DNA from: Polyangiales bacterium
Lineage (GTDB): Bacteria; Myxococcota_A; Polyangia; Polyangiales; Polyangiaceae
Length of the DNA stretch: 64,000 bases
Direction: 5' to 3'
Assembly (NCBI GenBank): GCA_038231275.1
Contig: JBBRLQ010000012.1
Span: 64,001 to 128,000 of the forward strand
Part shown: in pieces, positions 9,276 to 19,591 of the stretch
Layout: each line of letters opens with the position of its first letter
Numbering within the stretch: position 1 is the stretch's first letter
Notes under the pieces: generated by a model
The model's input: the letters and a program-made list of their open reading frames with translations, nothing else
Told to the model about the DNA's origin: nothing
Database searches by the model: none
Translations under genes and position numbers: made by a program

Positions 9276-10012
9276 CAGAGCACCCTCGCGATGCCGAGCG
9301 AGAAGGCGAGAGGCGGTCCTCCGATCCATTCGCCCCCCGCGAGGCGCACGCCGCGGAGGATCAGCATGCCGTCGGCGAAGATCGTGGTGCCTCTGGCGAT
9401 GGCGACGGCGCCGCCGAGGCCCACCGTGTTCCAGACTCCCCAAGGAGTGCTCTTCTCGACGACGCGTCGATCGTTGTACGTCACGACCATCTCGCCGTTC
9501 TGATCGCGCGTGGGAAAGCCGATCGCCGCGACGACACCTGCGCCGACGTAGCCGTAGCCTGCATCGCCGAGGCGCCGCTCGAGGCGCAACGCCGGCTGCG
9601 CGAGGAACCACGGCGGACCGTCTCCGACGAGCCCCTCGCCGGTTGGGTAGTAGAGGATGGGGGTGACGAGCGCGACGCGCGTACGCTCGCCGAGGGGGAG
9701 CCCTACCCGCGGACGAACGCCGACACCGAGCACGAACGGCGTGACGCCGACGATGGCGCCAATGGCGAACGACTCGGTCGGCGCGTACGCGATCTCACCC
9801 ATCCCGACGAACGGGACGCCGGTCGCGAGGCCGATGGATCCATGCCGCGCACCGGGGAAGATGGGATCGCCCTTCCAATGCGGATCGACCGCGCGCGCGT
9901 CGGGCGCGGAGGCGACGGGCGGAGGAGACACGTCGGCGTCGTCCGCACCGACGGCGAGCGGCGAGACCGTCGACGAAGCACCGAGGGCGAGCAAGAGGAG
10001 GAGTGTCGTCAT
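9275..10012 (-). CDS. Putative small outer-membrane beta-barrel protein
   Basis: Signal peptide MTTLLLLLALGA; alternating Gly/hydrophobic strands; terminal strand LAFSLGIARVL. Confidence 0.6.
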   Translation of the reverse strand: MTTLLLLLALGASSTVSPLAVGADDADVSPPPVASAPDARAVDPHWKGDPIFPGARHGSIGLATGVPFVGMGEIAYAPTESFAIGAIVGVTPFVLGVGVRPRVGLPLGERTRVALVTPILYYPTGEGLVGDGPPWFLAQPALRLERRLGDAGYGYVGAGVVAAIGFPTRDQNGEMVVTYNDRRVVEKSTPWGVWNTVGLGGAVAIARGTTIFADGMLILRGVRLAGGEWIGGPPLAFSLGIARVL

Positions 10013-10023
10013 GCGCGCCAGAG

Positions 10024-10039
10024 AGCAGCGAGCATGCCA
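10024..10039 (-). promoter_or_regulatory. Sigma-54 promoter of the barrel/CxxCH operon
   Basis: TGGCATGCTCGCTGCT (GG-N10-GC); perfect inverted repeat TGTGCAGC-TC-GCTGCACA at 10081-10098 upstream. Confidence 0.7.
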
Positions 10040-10116
10040 GAGCCAAATTCTCGATGGATCGCGATGTGCCGTCGATCGCGTGTGCAGCTCGCTGCACAGG
10101 TGTGCTCTCCGCGCGT

Positions 10117-11094
10117 CTACGTCGACGCGGGCAAGACCGTGCGCCCGAGCGCCGGAAAGACGCGCGAAACCTTCGAGAGCAGGTACTCGCCGTACGTCCC
10201 ACCGAGCGTGTGGACGCTCGCGCGATCCCAGCGCTCCGCTGCGTCCACCTCCGCCGGGCGCGCTCGCGCGAAAGGAAGCGGCTGCACCGCGGCGTCGAAC
10301 GACGGGTCGAAGAAGAACGGCCACGAAAAGCGGCTTCGCCCCGAAGTGTTTTTCACGCGATGCGGCGTCGAGCGGTAGCGGCCGCCGGTGAGCCGATCGA
10401 GCATGTCGCCGAGGTTGCACACGAAGCTCCCCGCGAGCGGCGGCGCGTCCGTCCACCCGCGCGGCGTCTTCACCTCGAGCCCGCCGCACTCGTCTTGAAG
10501 GAGGAGCGTCAGGAGGCCGTAGTCGGTGTGCTCTCCGACGCCCCACGCCTCGCGCGACGCCTCGTCGGCGGCGGCCGGGTAGTGGAAGATCCGAAAGAGG
10601 CAGAGAGGATCCTTCGTGAGCGCGGCGGCGAAGTGGTCGGGCGGCAGATCGAGGCTCGCGGCGACGCCGCGCATCACCGTGTGCCCGAGGCGTTCCAACG
10701 CCGCCATCCACGCGAGAACGGCATCGCGCATTTCTGGCAGAGCGGGCGGGAACAGATTGGGACCGTGCAACGGCCTCGGATCGAGCGCGGGCAGCTCAGC
10801 GCCGAAGTAGATGCCCTCCTTGCGATCGGGACGGCCGCTCGTCAGCTCACCGCCGAGCGGAAACCAGCCGCGCCACGCGCGTCCTCCGCGCTCCATCGCG
10901 ATCGCGCGCCGTGCGTCTTCGGGCAGGGCGAAGAACGCGCGCGTGACCTCGTCGAGGCGCCGCGCGAGCAAGGGATCGACGTCGTGCCCGACCGCGTAGA
11001 AAAATCCCGAGTCCTCGCACGCCGCGCGAAGGGCCATCGCGGCGTCTCGTGAAGGCGACGACGCGAAGCTCGAGACGTCGACGACGGGGATCAT
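10117..11094 (-). CDS. 2-oxoglutarate/Fe(II) dioxygenase, isopenicillin N synthase family
   Basis: [15 protein letters not shown]-terminus; HTD..H iron ligands; RxS (RFS); start could be TTG 11103. Confidence 0.92.
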   Translation of the reverse strand: MIPVVDVSSFASSPSRDAAMALRAACEDSGFFYAVGHDVDPLLARRLDEVTRAFFALPEDARRAIAMERGGRAWRGWFPLGGELTSGRPDRKEGIYFGAELPALDPRPLHGPNLFPPALPEMRDAVLAWMAALERLGHTVMRGVAASLDLPPDHFAAALTKDPLCLFRIFHYPAAADEASREAWGVGEHTDYGLLTLLLQDECGGLEVKTPRGWTDAPPLAGSFVCNLGDMLDRLTGGRYRSTPHRVKNTSGRSRFSWPFFFDPSFDAAVQPLPFARARPAEVDAAERWDRASVHTLGGTYGEYLLSKVSRVFPALGRTVLPAST

Positions 11095-11149
11095 CGCGCC
11101 CAATGTAGCGCAAGCGTCTGCGCTGCGAATGCCGTGCTACGACTCGCGC

Positions 11150-12307
11150 ATGTTCTCTCGGCGGACGGCCCGTGAGCTCGCGCCCAACGCGCTCGCGACG
11201 GCGCTGGCGGAGACGCGCGCGCGCGGCGCGGCGGTGCTCGACCTCACCGTGTCGAATCCAACGACCGCCGGGATCCCGTACGACGCGCCGGCGATCACCG
11301 CGGCGCTCGCCGACCCGCGTGCCCTCGTCTATGCGCCGGAGCCGCTCGGCATGCCCGAAGCGCGCGCGGCGGCGGCGGCAGAGGCAAGCGCGGCGGGAGT
11401 CCACGTCGACGCGTCACGGGTGATGCTCACGGCGAGCACGAGCGAGGCGTACGCGTTCGTGATGAAGCTCCTATGCGATCCGGGCGACGACGTCCTCGTG
11501 CCGGCGCCGAGCTATCCGCTCTTCGATCTCCTCGCCGGGTTCGAGTCGGTCCGCCTCGTTCCGTACCGCCTCGCGTACGACGGCGCGTGGCACGTCGATC
11601 TCGACTCGGCGCGGCGGGCGGTCGGGCCAAGGACGCGCGCCGTCTTCACCGTGAGCCCCAACAATCCGACGGGCTCCTTCCTCAAGAGGGACGAGCTCGC
11701 CGGCCTTGCTGCGCTCGGGCTGCCCATCGTCAGCGACGAGGTCTTCAGCGACTACGCGTTCGACGACGCTCCTCGGACGCGCGCGCGAACGGCGCTCGAG
11801 GCGACCGAGACCCTGGTCTTCGCGCTCGGGGGCCTGTCGAAGCAAGCGGCGCTCCCACAGATGAAGCTGGCGTGGACCAGCGTGGGCGGCCCGGCCGATC
11901 GCGTCGGTGAGGCGCTCGCGCGGCTGGAGCTGATCGGCGACAGCTTCCTCTCGGCCGGGACCCCGGTCCAAATCGCGCTGCCGGCGCTCCTCGCCAGCCG
12001 CGCGCCCGCGACGGAGGCGATCCGCGCGCGCACGAGGGAGAACCTGTCGAAGCTGCGGACCGCGCTCCCGAGAGACTCCGCGGCGACGCTGCTCACCGTC
12101 GAAGGAGGCTGGTACGCGACGCTCCGCTTGCCGCGCACGAAGCGGGAGGAGGCGTGGGCGATCGAGCTCCTCGCGCGCGACGGCGTCTACGTTCACCCCG
12201 GGCAATTCTTCGGCTTCGAGGACGAGGCGTACATCGTCCTCAGCTTGCTCACGCCGAAGGAGACGTTCGCCGAAGGGGTACGCAGGATCGTCGCGCGCGC
12301 CGGCTGA
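11150..12307 (+). CDS. PLP-dependent aminotransferase class I/II
   Basis: SPNNPTG, SDEVF, GGLSK (PLP lysine). Confidence 0.9.
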   Translation: MFSRRTARELAPNALATALAETRARGAAVLDLTVSNPTTAGIPYDAPAITAALADPRALVYAPEPLGMPEARAAAAAEASAAGVHVDASRVMLTASTSEAYAFVMKLLCDPGDDVLVPAPSYPLFDLLAGFESVRLVPYRLAYDGAWHVDLDSARRAVGPRTRAVFTVSPNNPTGSFLKRDELAGLAALGLPIVSDEVFSDYAFDDAPRTRARTALEATETLVFALGGLSKQAALPQMKLAWTSVGGPADRVGEALARLELIGDSFLSAGTPVQIALPALLASRAPATEAIRARTRENLSKLRTALPRDSAATLLTVEGGWYATLRLPRTKREEAWAIELLARDGVYVHPGQFFGFEDEAYIVLSLLTPKETFAEGVRRIVARAG

Positions 12308-12327
12308 ATCGCTATACTCCTCCTCTA

Positions 12328-13707
12328 GTGCAGCACGCCCCCGTGGCCTTCGGCAGCTACCGCACGACCTCGGTCCTCGGCCAAGGGGGAATGGGGATCG
12401 TGTACGCCGCCGTCGACGAGTCCACGGGCGCGCGCGTGGCCATCAAGGCGTTCGGCTCCACCGCCGCGGCATCCGATCCCCTCGAGCTGTCGCGCTTCGA
12501 CCGCGAGGGGCGCATTCTCTGCACGATCGACAGCGAGCACGTCGCCCGCGTGATCGACATGGGGCGTCGACGAGAGGACGGCGCGCCGTTCCTGGTCATG
12601 GAGCTCCTAGAAGGAGAGACCGTCAAGGCGACCCTCCTCAGGTACGGCAAGCTCGCGCCCGCGCTGGCGATGGCGATCGGCGCGCAGACGTGCCGCGGCC
12701 TCGTGCGCGCGCACGCGAAGGGGATCATCCACCGCGACATCAAGCCTGCGAACCTCTTCCTCGCGAAGGGCGCGGGGCCTAGCGGCGGTCACGTCGTCAA
12801 GATCCTCGATTTCGGGATCGCGAAGTTCATGGGCACCGCCGCGCAGATCGGCGACGGCACGCTCACGCAGACCGGCACGCTCGTGGGCTCGCCGCTGTAC
12901 ATGTCGCCCGAGCAGGCGATGGGCCTCAAGGCGATCGACGCGCGAACCGACGTGTGGTCGCTCGGGATGCTGCTCTTCGAGGCGATCGCGGGGCGCTTGC
13001 CCTTCGGATACATCGAGACGATCGGCCAGCTCATCGTGACCGTGTGCGGCGTGCAGGCGCCGCCGCTCCGCGAGGTCGCGCCGTGGGTGCCCGTCGAGAT
13101 CGCGCAGATCGTCGATCGCGCGATACGCATTCGGCCGGCGGAGCGCTTCGCCGACGCGCGCGCGATGCTCGACGCGCTGCTCGCGACCGGCGTGGACATG
13201 AACATCACCGACGCCTCGATCGCGCGCTCCGCGGAGTTCGGCGAGACGACGCGCATGGCACCGCCGAGCGGCTCGCTCCCCATCGACGGGACCGCCTCGC
13301 ATGGCCTCGCGGCGACGATGCGTCACCCGGGGCGCGAGCGCGGCATCGTCGCGGGGGTGATCGCGGCCACCGTCATCGCGGTGGCCACCGGCGCGCTGGT
13401 GTGGGGACGAGCGCGTCACCTCGCGGCGTCGACCGCGGGGAGCAGCTCCGCCGAGCCGACCGCGCCGCCCCCCTCGCTGACCGCGTCCGCGCCGGTCCCC
13501 GACGACACCGCGGCGCCTGCACCTTCTCAGGACACGCAATCACCCGGCCCTCTCCCACCACAAGCGCAGGCGCAGGCCGCTCCACCACCGACCCCGGTGC
13601 CGACGAACCCCACGCCGGGCGGTAAAAAGCGACCGATCCCGCGCCCGCGACCCACCGCGACGACGAACCTTCCGCCCCCTCCGACCGGTGGACGTGAGAC
13701 GATGTAG
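12328..13707 (+). CDS. Ser/Thr protein kinase with TM segment and Pro-rich tail
   Basis: GQGGMG, VAIK, HRDIKPAN, DFG, YMSPE, DVWSLG; GTG start. Confidence 0.93.
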   Translation: MQHAPVAFGSYRTTSVLGQGGMGIVYAAVDESTGARVAIKAFGSTAAASDPLELSRFDREGRILCTIDSEHVARVIDMGRRREDGAPFLVMELLEGETVKATLLRYGKLAPALAMAIGAQTCRGLVRAHAKGIIHRDIKPANLFLAKGAGPSGGHVVKILDFGIAKFMGTAAQIGDGTLTQTGTLVGSPLYMSPEQAMGLKAIDARTDVWSLGMLLFEAIAGRLPFGYIETIGQLIVTVCGVQAPPLREVAPWVPVEIAQIVDRAIRIRPAERFADARAMLDALLATGVDMNITDASIARSAEFGETTRMAPPSGSLPIDGTASHGLAATMRHPGRERGIVAGVIAATVIAVATGALVWGRARHLAASTAGSSSAEPTAPPPSLTASAPVPDDTAAPAPSQDTQSPGPLPPQAQAQAAPPPTPVPTNPTPGGKKRPIPRPRPTATTNLPPPPTGGRETM

Positions 13708-13708
13708 C

Positions 13709-14731
13709 GTGCGCCAGCGACCGCTTGCCGCCCTCGTTTTCTTCGCCGCGATCTGCGCGCCGAGGATGGCCCGCGCCGACGGGCCCGCGTACTCCGAGGC
13801 TGCGAAGCATTTCGCCGCCGGCCGCGAGCACGTGAAGCGCAACCGCTGCGATCTCGCCATCCCGGAGTTCCAGGCGAGCCTCGCCACCGAGACCAGCGTA
13901 GGCGCGTACCTGAACCTCGCCGATTGCCTCGCCGCGCGCGGAACGCTCGCCGCAGCGTGGCGCGCGTACAAGCTCGCCGAGGAGATCGCGCTCGCGAAGA
14001 AGGACGATCGCGCGCGCGCGGCGCACGACGGCGCCGCGGTGGTCGAGCCGGAGCTGGTCCGCGTCGTCGTCGTGGCCGAGACGAAGGACGGCGCAGCGAT
14101 CGCCCTCACGAAGGACTCGGTCAAGCTCGACGACGAGGCGATCCCCGAATCTGCGCTCGCCACCGGCGCGATGGTCGAGCCGAAGAAGACGCATGCGATC
14201 CTCGTCGCGCTTCCAGGCTACGAGCCCGCGCGCGCGTCGGCGAGCGGAGAGGCCGGCGAGACACGCATGCTCCGCGTCCCCCTCGCCGCGGCCGCGCAGA
14301 AGGCGGGCGGCGGCCCCGCGAACGCGACCCCGGCGACCGCACTCGGCCCACGCGACGACCCCGGGCGCACGCAGCGGACCATCGCCTTCGTGACGGCGGG
14401 CGTCGGCGCAGGCGCGCTCATCGCCGGCGCGGTCTTCGGCTTCATCGCGCTCGGCCAACGCTCCGATCTGGCCGCCGCCGTCGCCGCGAACCCGTCTTGC
14501 CGCGGCGACTACCCGAACGGCGCGTGCTCGCTCGCCGCCAAGAACGCGCTGGATCCCCTGGAATCCAAGGCGTTCACGACGGCGACGGTCTCGACGCTGC
14601 TCGTCGCCGCCGGCGCCGCGCTTGGCGCAGGCGGCGCCGTCCTCTACTTCACCGCGCGGGAAGCCGGCCCGCGCGCGACCGTCTCGGCGGGTCCGACCGG
14701 CGCGACGCTCACGCTCCAGCAGCGATTCTGA
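13709..14731 (+). CDS. TPR/PEGA-like membrane protein (kinase partner)
   Basis: Signal peptide, TPR helix (YLNLADC), PEGA-like beta region, two C-terminal hydrophobic segments. Confidence 0.75.
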   Translation: MRQRPLAALVFFAAICAPRMARADGPAYSEAAKHFAAGREHVKRNRCDLAIPEFQASLATETSVGAYLNLADCLAARGTLAAAWRAYKLAEEIALAKKDDRARAAHDGAAVVEPELVRVVVVAETKDGAAIALTKDSVKLDDEAIPESALATGAMVEPKKTHAILVALPGYEPARASASGEAGETRMLRVPLAAAAQKAGGGPANATPATALGPRDDPGRTQRTIAFVTAGVGAGALIAGAVFGFIALGQRSDLAAAVAANPSCRGDYPNGACSLAAKNALDPLESKAFTTATVSTLLVAAGAALGAGGAVLYFTAREAGPRATVSAGPTGATLTLQQRF

Positions 14732-14749
14732 TCGTCGGCCCGGCGCCGG

Positions 14750-15622
14750 TCACTTCGAGCAGCAGCGGAAGCCGAGATCGTCGTTCTGAAAATCGATCGT
14801 CGCGGAGAACGCCTTCGTGCAGTCGAAGCTCTCGGGAGAGGTGAAGGAGCCTCCTTGTAGAATGCACATTTCGGGACCGCCGTCCTGCGGGAAGCAGAGG
14901 TCAATCCACTCGAAGATGTTGCCGACCATGTCGTGGACGCCGGCGTACCCGCCGATGCACTTGGGAAAGGTGCCGGCCGGCGCGCGCTTGCCGGAGCCGC
15001 CGTCGCCTATGTTGCAGTCGCCGGAGACCAGCGTGGCGCCGTAGGGGAACGACTGCGTGCCGGCATTCGTGCACGCGATCGTGAACTGCGCGACGGTGGG
15101 GCTGCCGATCTCTCCGATCTGGAGCGGCCCGCCGGCGCCGCCGTCGACAACGCGTCCGCAGAGCCGCTTGCCCGCCCACGCGCAGTACGCGCGCGCGTCG
15201 CACCAGTCGACGCCGGCGACCGGGTCTTCGTCCACGCCCACACGCTCGGGGCCGAGCTTCGCGTTGCCCGCGCAGATCTTCGGCTGCGATCCTGCGTCCC
15301 CGGCGACGGCGGCCACGAAGGCGCGGTATTGCCCGAACGTCACCTCGGTCGAGTCGATCGCGAACACGTTGCCGGGCGGGCCCGCGGGCACCATCACGGG
15401 CCCCGGAGGAGGCGCGTCCACGCGCGCGTCGCCCTCGGCCGCGTCCCCGGCGTCGAACGGCGGCGGCGAGTCGGGCGGACGCGCGTCGCTCACCGGCGCG
15501 TCGGGCGACTCGCCGTCGGGCGTGTCTTCCTCGTACCGAACCGGCTCCAGGCCCGCCAGCTTCGCGCACCCCACGGCCGCGAGGAGCGCGATTCCGAGGG
15601 CCAGCTCTCTGCGGCGCTTCAC
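14750..15622 (-). CDS. FGE-sulfatase (SUMF1/EgtB/PvdO) domain lipoprotein
   Basis: Lipobox AAVGC; FAIDSTEVT, YCAWAGKRL, HDMVGNIFEW, GFRCC. Confidence 0.88.
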   Translation of the reverse strand: MKRRRELALGIALLAAVGCAKLAGLEPVRYEEDTPDGESPDAPVSDARPPDSPPPFDAGDAAEGDARVDAPPPGPVMVPAGPPGNVFAIDSTEVTFGQYRAFVAAVAGDAGSQPKICAGNAKLGPERVGVDEDPVAGVDWCDARAYCAWAGKRLCGRVVDGGAGGPLQIGEIGSPTVAQFTIACTNAGTQSFPYGATLVSGDCNIGDGGSGKRAPAGTFPKCIGGYAGVHDMVGNIFEWIDLCFPQDGGPEMCILQGGSFTSPESFDCTKAFSATIDFQNDDLGFRCCSK

Positions 15623-15687
15623 ACCCCAAGCATACCAGCGTCCGGCGAAGACGCGTCCGCTTGCTACGCCGCGCGGATTCTCGTTCC

Positions 15688-16689
15688 ATGGCGCGTGAGG
15701 ATGGCCACTTGATCACGGTCTCGAAGCTGCGCAAGGAGTACCGAGTCCACGAGCGCAGCCCGGGGCTCCTCGCGGCGGCGCGGTCGGTCTTTCATCGCCA
15801 GTACAAGTCGGTCGTCGCCGTCGACGGCGTCTCGTTCGAGATCGCGACGGGCGAGCGCGTGGGGTTCTTGGGCCCGAACGGCGCCGGCAAGACCACGACG
15901 CTCAAGATCCTCTCCGGCCTCCTCCATCCCACGAGCGGTGAGGCGCGCGTCGACGGCCACGAGCCCCGCCGTCGCGAGGATGCGTTCCTCAAGAAGATCA
16001 TGCTCATCCTCGGCCAGAAGCAGCAACTGATCTGGGATCTGCCGCCGAGCGAGACGTTCGAATACAACCGTGCGATCTACGACGTCCCGCGGAAGCAATT
16101 CGACGAGACGATCGCCGAGCTCACGTCGCTCCTCGACCTCGGCGATCTCGTGAAGAAGCCGACGCGCCAGCTCTCGCTCGGCGAGCGCATGAAGTGCGAG
16201 CTCGCCGCGGCGCTGGTGCACCGCCCGAAGGTGCTCTTCCTCGACGAGCCGACGATCGGCCTCGACGTCTCGATGCAGGCCACCATTCGCGCCTTCATCA
16301 AGCAGTACAACGAGCGCTGGAACGCGACGCTGCTCCTCACGAGCCACTACATGGACGACGTCGCGGCGCTGTGTCCGCGCGTGATCGTCATCGACAAGGG
16401 GAAGATCACGTACGACGGCCGCCTCGACGCGCTGTCGGCGCGCATTCGTCCGGCCAAGCGCGTCGTCTTCCGGTTCTCGCGGCCGGTCGATCGCGGAGAC
16501 GTAGAGCCGATCGGTAAGATCGTGTCCTTCGACCACGCGCAAGCGGTGCTCGACGTGACGCGCGACGCGCTGAACGAAGCGGTGGAGCGCGCGCTGCGTA
16601 CGCTCCCGGTGACCGATCTCACGGTGGAAGATCCGCCGCTCGAGGAGATCATGAGCGAGCTCTTCTCGCGCGGCGAGGCGGCGACGTGA
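15688..16689 (+). CDS. ABC transporter ATP-binding protein
   Basis: Walker A GPNGAGKTT, LSLGE signature, Walker B LFLDEPT, TSH. Confidence 0.95.
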   Translation: MAREDGHLITVSKLRKEYRVHERSPGLLAAARSVFHRQYKSVVAVDGVSFEIATGERVGFLGPNGAGKTTTLKILSGLLHPTSGEARVDGHEPRRREDAFLKKIMLILGQKQQLIWDLPPSETFEYNRAIYDVPRKQFDETIAELTSLLDLGDLVKKPTRQLSLGERMKCELAAALVHRPKVLFLDEPTIGLDVSMQATIRAFIKQYNERWNATLLLTSHYMDDVAALCPRVIVIDKGKITYDGRLDALSARIRPAKRVVFRFSRPVDRGDVEPIGKIVSFDHAQAVLDVTRDALNEAVERALRTLPVTDLTVEDPPLEEIMSELFSRGEAAT

Positions 16690-17495
16690 GCCTCCGCTCG
16701 ACCGCGCGCGCGCTGCCGACGCTCCTCAAGGTCGGGTTCGCCGAGGCGGTGGCCTACCGCGCGGAGATGCTCGTGTGGGTGCTCGCGACGACGATGCCAC
16801 TCGTGATGCTCGCGCTCTTCAACGCGGTCGCTGCGGATGGCCCGATCGGCCGCTTTGGGCAAGCGGACCTCATCGCGTATTTTCTCGCGACGTTCTGCGT
16901 GCGGCAGCTCACCGGCTCGTGGACGTCGTGGCAAATCAATTTCGAGATCCGCGAAGGCACCCTCTCGACGCGCCTCCTCCGACCGATCCACCCGCTCCTC
17001 GGGTATGCCGTCGACAACATCGCCGCGATGCCGATGCGCGTGATCGTGTCGGTGCCGGTCGCCGCCGCGTCGCTCGCCCTCGTCGGCGGCCACGCAATCT
17101 CGCACGCGACGGGGGCGTGGCTCTTGTGGATCCCCGCGCTCGTCGGCGGATGGGCGCTCACGCTGCTCGCGAATTTCATCGTCGGCTCGCTCGCGCTCTT
17201 CCTCGAGAGCAGCGTGAAGGTCATGGACATCTACCTCGCAGCGTATTTCGTCGCGAGCGGGTACCTCATCCCCGTCGAGCTCTTCCCTCCCGGCGCGCGC
17301 AGGGTCGTCGACTGGCTCCCCTTTCGCTTCCAGATCGGCTTCCCGGTGGAGCTCATGACGGGCGCCTACGATCGCGACCTCGGACACGCCGCCGAGCTGC
17401 TCGCGCGCCAGTGGGGCATGGTCGCCGTCTTCGCGTGCCTCACCGCGTGGATCTGGTCTCGCGGGATCCGCCGCTTCTCCGCGTACGGGGGATGA
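16686..17495 (+). CDS. ABC-2 type permease (DUF990 family)
   Basis: About 6 TM segments; EIREGTLSTRLLRP; GTGA overlap. Confidence 0.88.
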   Translation: MSLRSTARALPTLLKVGFAEAVAYRAEMLVWVLATTMPLVMLALFNAVAADGPIGRFGQADLIAYFLATFCVRQLTGSWTSWQINFEIREGTLSTRLLRPIHPLLGYAVDNIAAMPMRVIVSVPVAAASLALVGGHAISHATGAWLLWIPALVGGWALTLLANFIVGSLALFLESSVKVMDIYLAAYFVASGYLIPVELFPPGARRVVDWLPFRFQIGFPVELMTGAYDRDLGHAAELLARQWGMVAVFACLTAWIWSRGIRRFSAYGG

Positions 17496-18286
17496 ACGTG
17501 CGCCGTTACCTCTACCTCCTCGCCATCCAGCTCAAGGCGTCGACCTTGCTCGCGATGCAGTACCGCACGGATTTCCTGGTCGACATGGTGATCGAGCTCG
17601 TCTGGGCGGCCACCGCGGTGGCGCCGCTCTTCGTCGTCTTCCAGGGCCGCTCGACGATCGCGGGGTGGACGTACCCGGAGGCGCTCGTCGTCACCGGGTG
17701 GTTCACGCTCATGCAGGGCCTCCTCGAAGGCGCGATCAACCCGAGCCTCGTCAACGTCGTCGAGCAAGTGCGAAAGGGAACGCTCGACTTCGTCCTCTTG
17801 AAGCCCGCCGACGCGCAGTTCCTCGTCTCGACGACGCGCTTCCAGCCGTCCAAGGCCATCAACGCGATCACCGCGATCGTGATCTTCGTGTACGCCTTCC
17901 GGCGGATCGGCCACCCTCCGCCTTTGAGCGGCATCGCGGCGGCGTTCCTCTTGATGCTGACCGCGGCGGTGCTCCTCTACGCGCTCTGGATCCTGACGGT
18001 AAGCGCGGTCTTCTACGTCGTGCGCGTCGACAACCTGACGTTCCTCTTCACCGCCGTGTTCGACGCCGCGCGGTGGCCATCCTCGGTCTTCCGCGGGATC
18101 GCGAAGATCATTTTCACCTTCGTCATCCCGCTCGCCCTCATGACGACGTTCCCCGCCGAGGCCATGCTCGGGCGGCTCGCGCTGTCCTCGCTCTTCGTGT
18201 CGATCGCAGGGGCGCTCGTGTTCGCGACCCTTTCGCGTGCCGTGTGGGTGCGCGCGATAGGGCGGTACACGTCCGCGAGCAGCTGA
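17492..18286 (+). CDS. ABC-2 type permease (DUF990 family)
   Basis: QYRTDF, VRKGTLDFVLLKPAD, RYTSASS end; ATGA overlap. Confidence 0.88.
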   Translation: MNVRRYLYLLAIQLKASTLLAMQYRTDFLVDMVIELVWAATAVAPLFVVFQGRSTIAGWTYPEALVVTGWFTLMQGLLEGAINPSLVNVVEQVRKGTLDFVLLKPADAQFLVSTTRFQPSKAINAITAIVIFVYAFRRIGHPPPLSGIAAAFLLMLTAAVLLYALWILTVSAVFYVVRVDNLTFLFTAVFDAARWPSSVFRGIAKIIFTFVIPLALMTTFPAEAMLGRLALSSLFVSIAGALVFATLSRAVWVRAIGRYTSASS

Positions 18287-18298
18287 GGCTCTGCGGGC

Positions 18299-18616
18299 CT
18301 AGGCGTCGGCGTCGGCGTCGCCGGCAGCGCTGTCGGCCGCATCGACCTCGCCGCTGTCTTTTCCAGCGTCCGCGGCGTCCGGCGGCGGCGTGGCGTCCAC
18401 ACCCGTGTCTGCGCCGCCTTCACCCCCACCCCCTTCGGAGCCGCCACCTTCCGTGGTCGCCTCCGAGGGGCCATCGTTGGCCGTGCCGTCGGCCTTTGCG
18501 GCGTCCGGCGGCGGTACACGCGTCAAATCCGATCCAAACCACTCCGAGCACCCAACGCTCGCCCCCGCCAACACGCACGCTCCCACGATGAATCCCAGCC
18601 ACCTGGTTCGCGTCAT
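18299..18616 (-). CDS. Small lipoprotein-like low-complexity protein
   Basis: Signal with ASVGC lipobox; remainder Asp/Ala/Gly-rich. Confidence 0.55.
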   Translation of the reverse strand: MTRTRWLGFIVGACVLAGASVGCSEWFGSDLTRVPPPDAAKADGTANDGPSEATTEGGGSEGGGGEGGADTGVDATPPPDAADAGKDSGEVDAADSAAGDADADA

Positions 18617-18691
18617 CCCGGCCTCCGAACCGCTCAGCTTACCGGACGGCGGGGCGAGATTTCCAGTTTCTTCGGAGCCGAAGCGGGCGCG

Positions 18692-19591
18692 CTAGATCTT
18701 CGCGAGCATCGCCACGCGGCCGCGCGAGGAGACCACGACGCCCCCAGGCTTTTCGACCGTCACGACGAACTGCGTGGGGCGGTTGACCTTGATTTTCGCT
18801 TGGATCGGCACGAGGACGTCGCCCGTGGAGGGGTCGATGTCGAAGACCCCACCGTCGACCGGGAAGCGGTCGTCTTGGGCCTGATCGAAGATCCAGAGCT
18901 GGTACACCCACTTGTCGCGGGGGTTCGCCTTCAGCCCCTTGAAGCGCATGAAGCCGCGCTGCTCGCGGGTGCTCCATACGACATCGCCCTGCGCTTGGGT
19001 CGCCGACTCGTCCTTCAGCGCGGCGAACGACGTTTGCACCGTGTCGGGCAGCGCCATCAGTCGGGCGCGCTCGTTCGCCAGCGGCACGACGTTCGTTTGC
19101 GACGCGCGAAAGAGCGCCGCGCTCATGAGGAAGAAGACCGCCGCGGCCGCCCATCCGACGTACGCGAGGGGTGAGAGCCGGGCGCGCGGCTTGGCCTGAC
19201 GCGCGGCGGCGATGGGTACGGGTACGGGTGCCGGAGCTCGCGCGGCTGCGGGTGCCAGCGCCGCGGGCTTCGTGGGTCCCGCGAGGGGCATGGTACGCGC
19301 TGCGAGCGCGGCCTCGAGCGCGTGAGGATCGACAACGGTCCGCGCCGCGTCGCGCGCGAGCGCTTCTTCCACGCGCGCGGCCAGGCGCGCAGGCAGCGGC
19401 TCGAGCGGCGTCTTCACATAAGCGAGGTGCACTGCCGCGGCCGCCATGTCGAGCACGTCGGTGTCGAGCTCGGGGTACTTGCGAAGGAGCTCCGCCAGCT
19501 CGCGCGCGTCGTCCTTCGAGAGCGCGCCCACCGCGCGATCGGCGAGGAGCTCGATCATGCGATCTTCCACGTTCGGGGGGACGACGCTCAC
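18692..19591 (-). CDS. Anti-sigma factor, RskA family
   Basis: N-terminal [15 protein letters not shown], one TM, extracytoplasmic [24 protein letters not shown] overlap with sigma gene. Confidence 0.85.
   Translation of the reverse strand: MSVVPPNVEDRMIELLADRAVGALSKDDARELAELLRKYPELDTDVLDMAAAAVHLAYVKTPLEPLPARLAARVEEALARDAARTVVDPHALEAALAARTMPLAGPTKPAALAPAAARAPAPVPVPIAAARQAKPRARLSPLAYVGWAAAAVFFLMSAALFRASQTNVVPLANERARLMALPDTVQTSFAALKDESATQAQGDVVWSTREQRGFMRFKGLKANPRDKWVYQLWIFDQAQDDRFPVDGGVFDIDPSTGDVLVPIQAKIKVNRPTQFVVTVEKPGGVVVSSRGRVAMLAKI

Noticed and set aside
15688..18286. ABC transporter as exporter of the double-Gly peptide
   Set aside because: ABC-2/DUF990 type with no C39 peptidase domain, and 9 kb away
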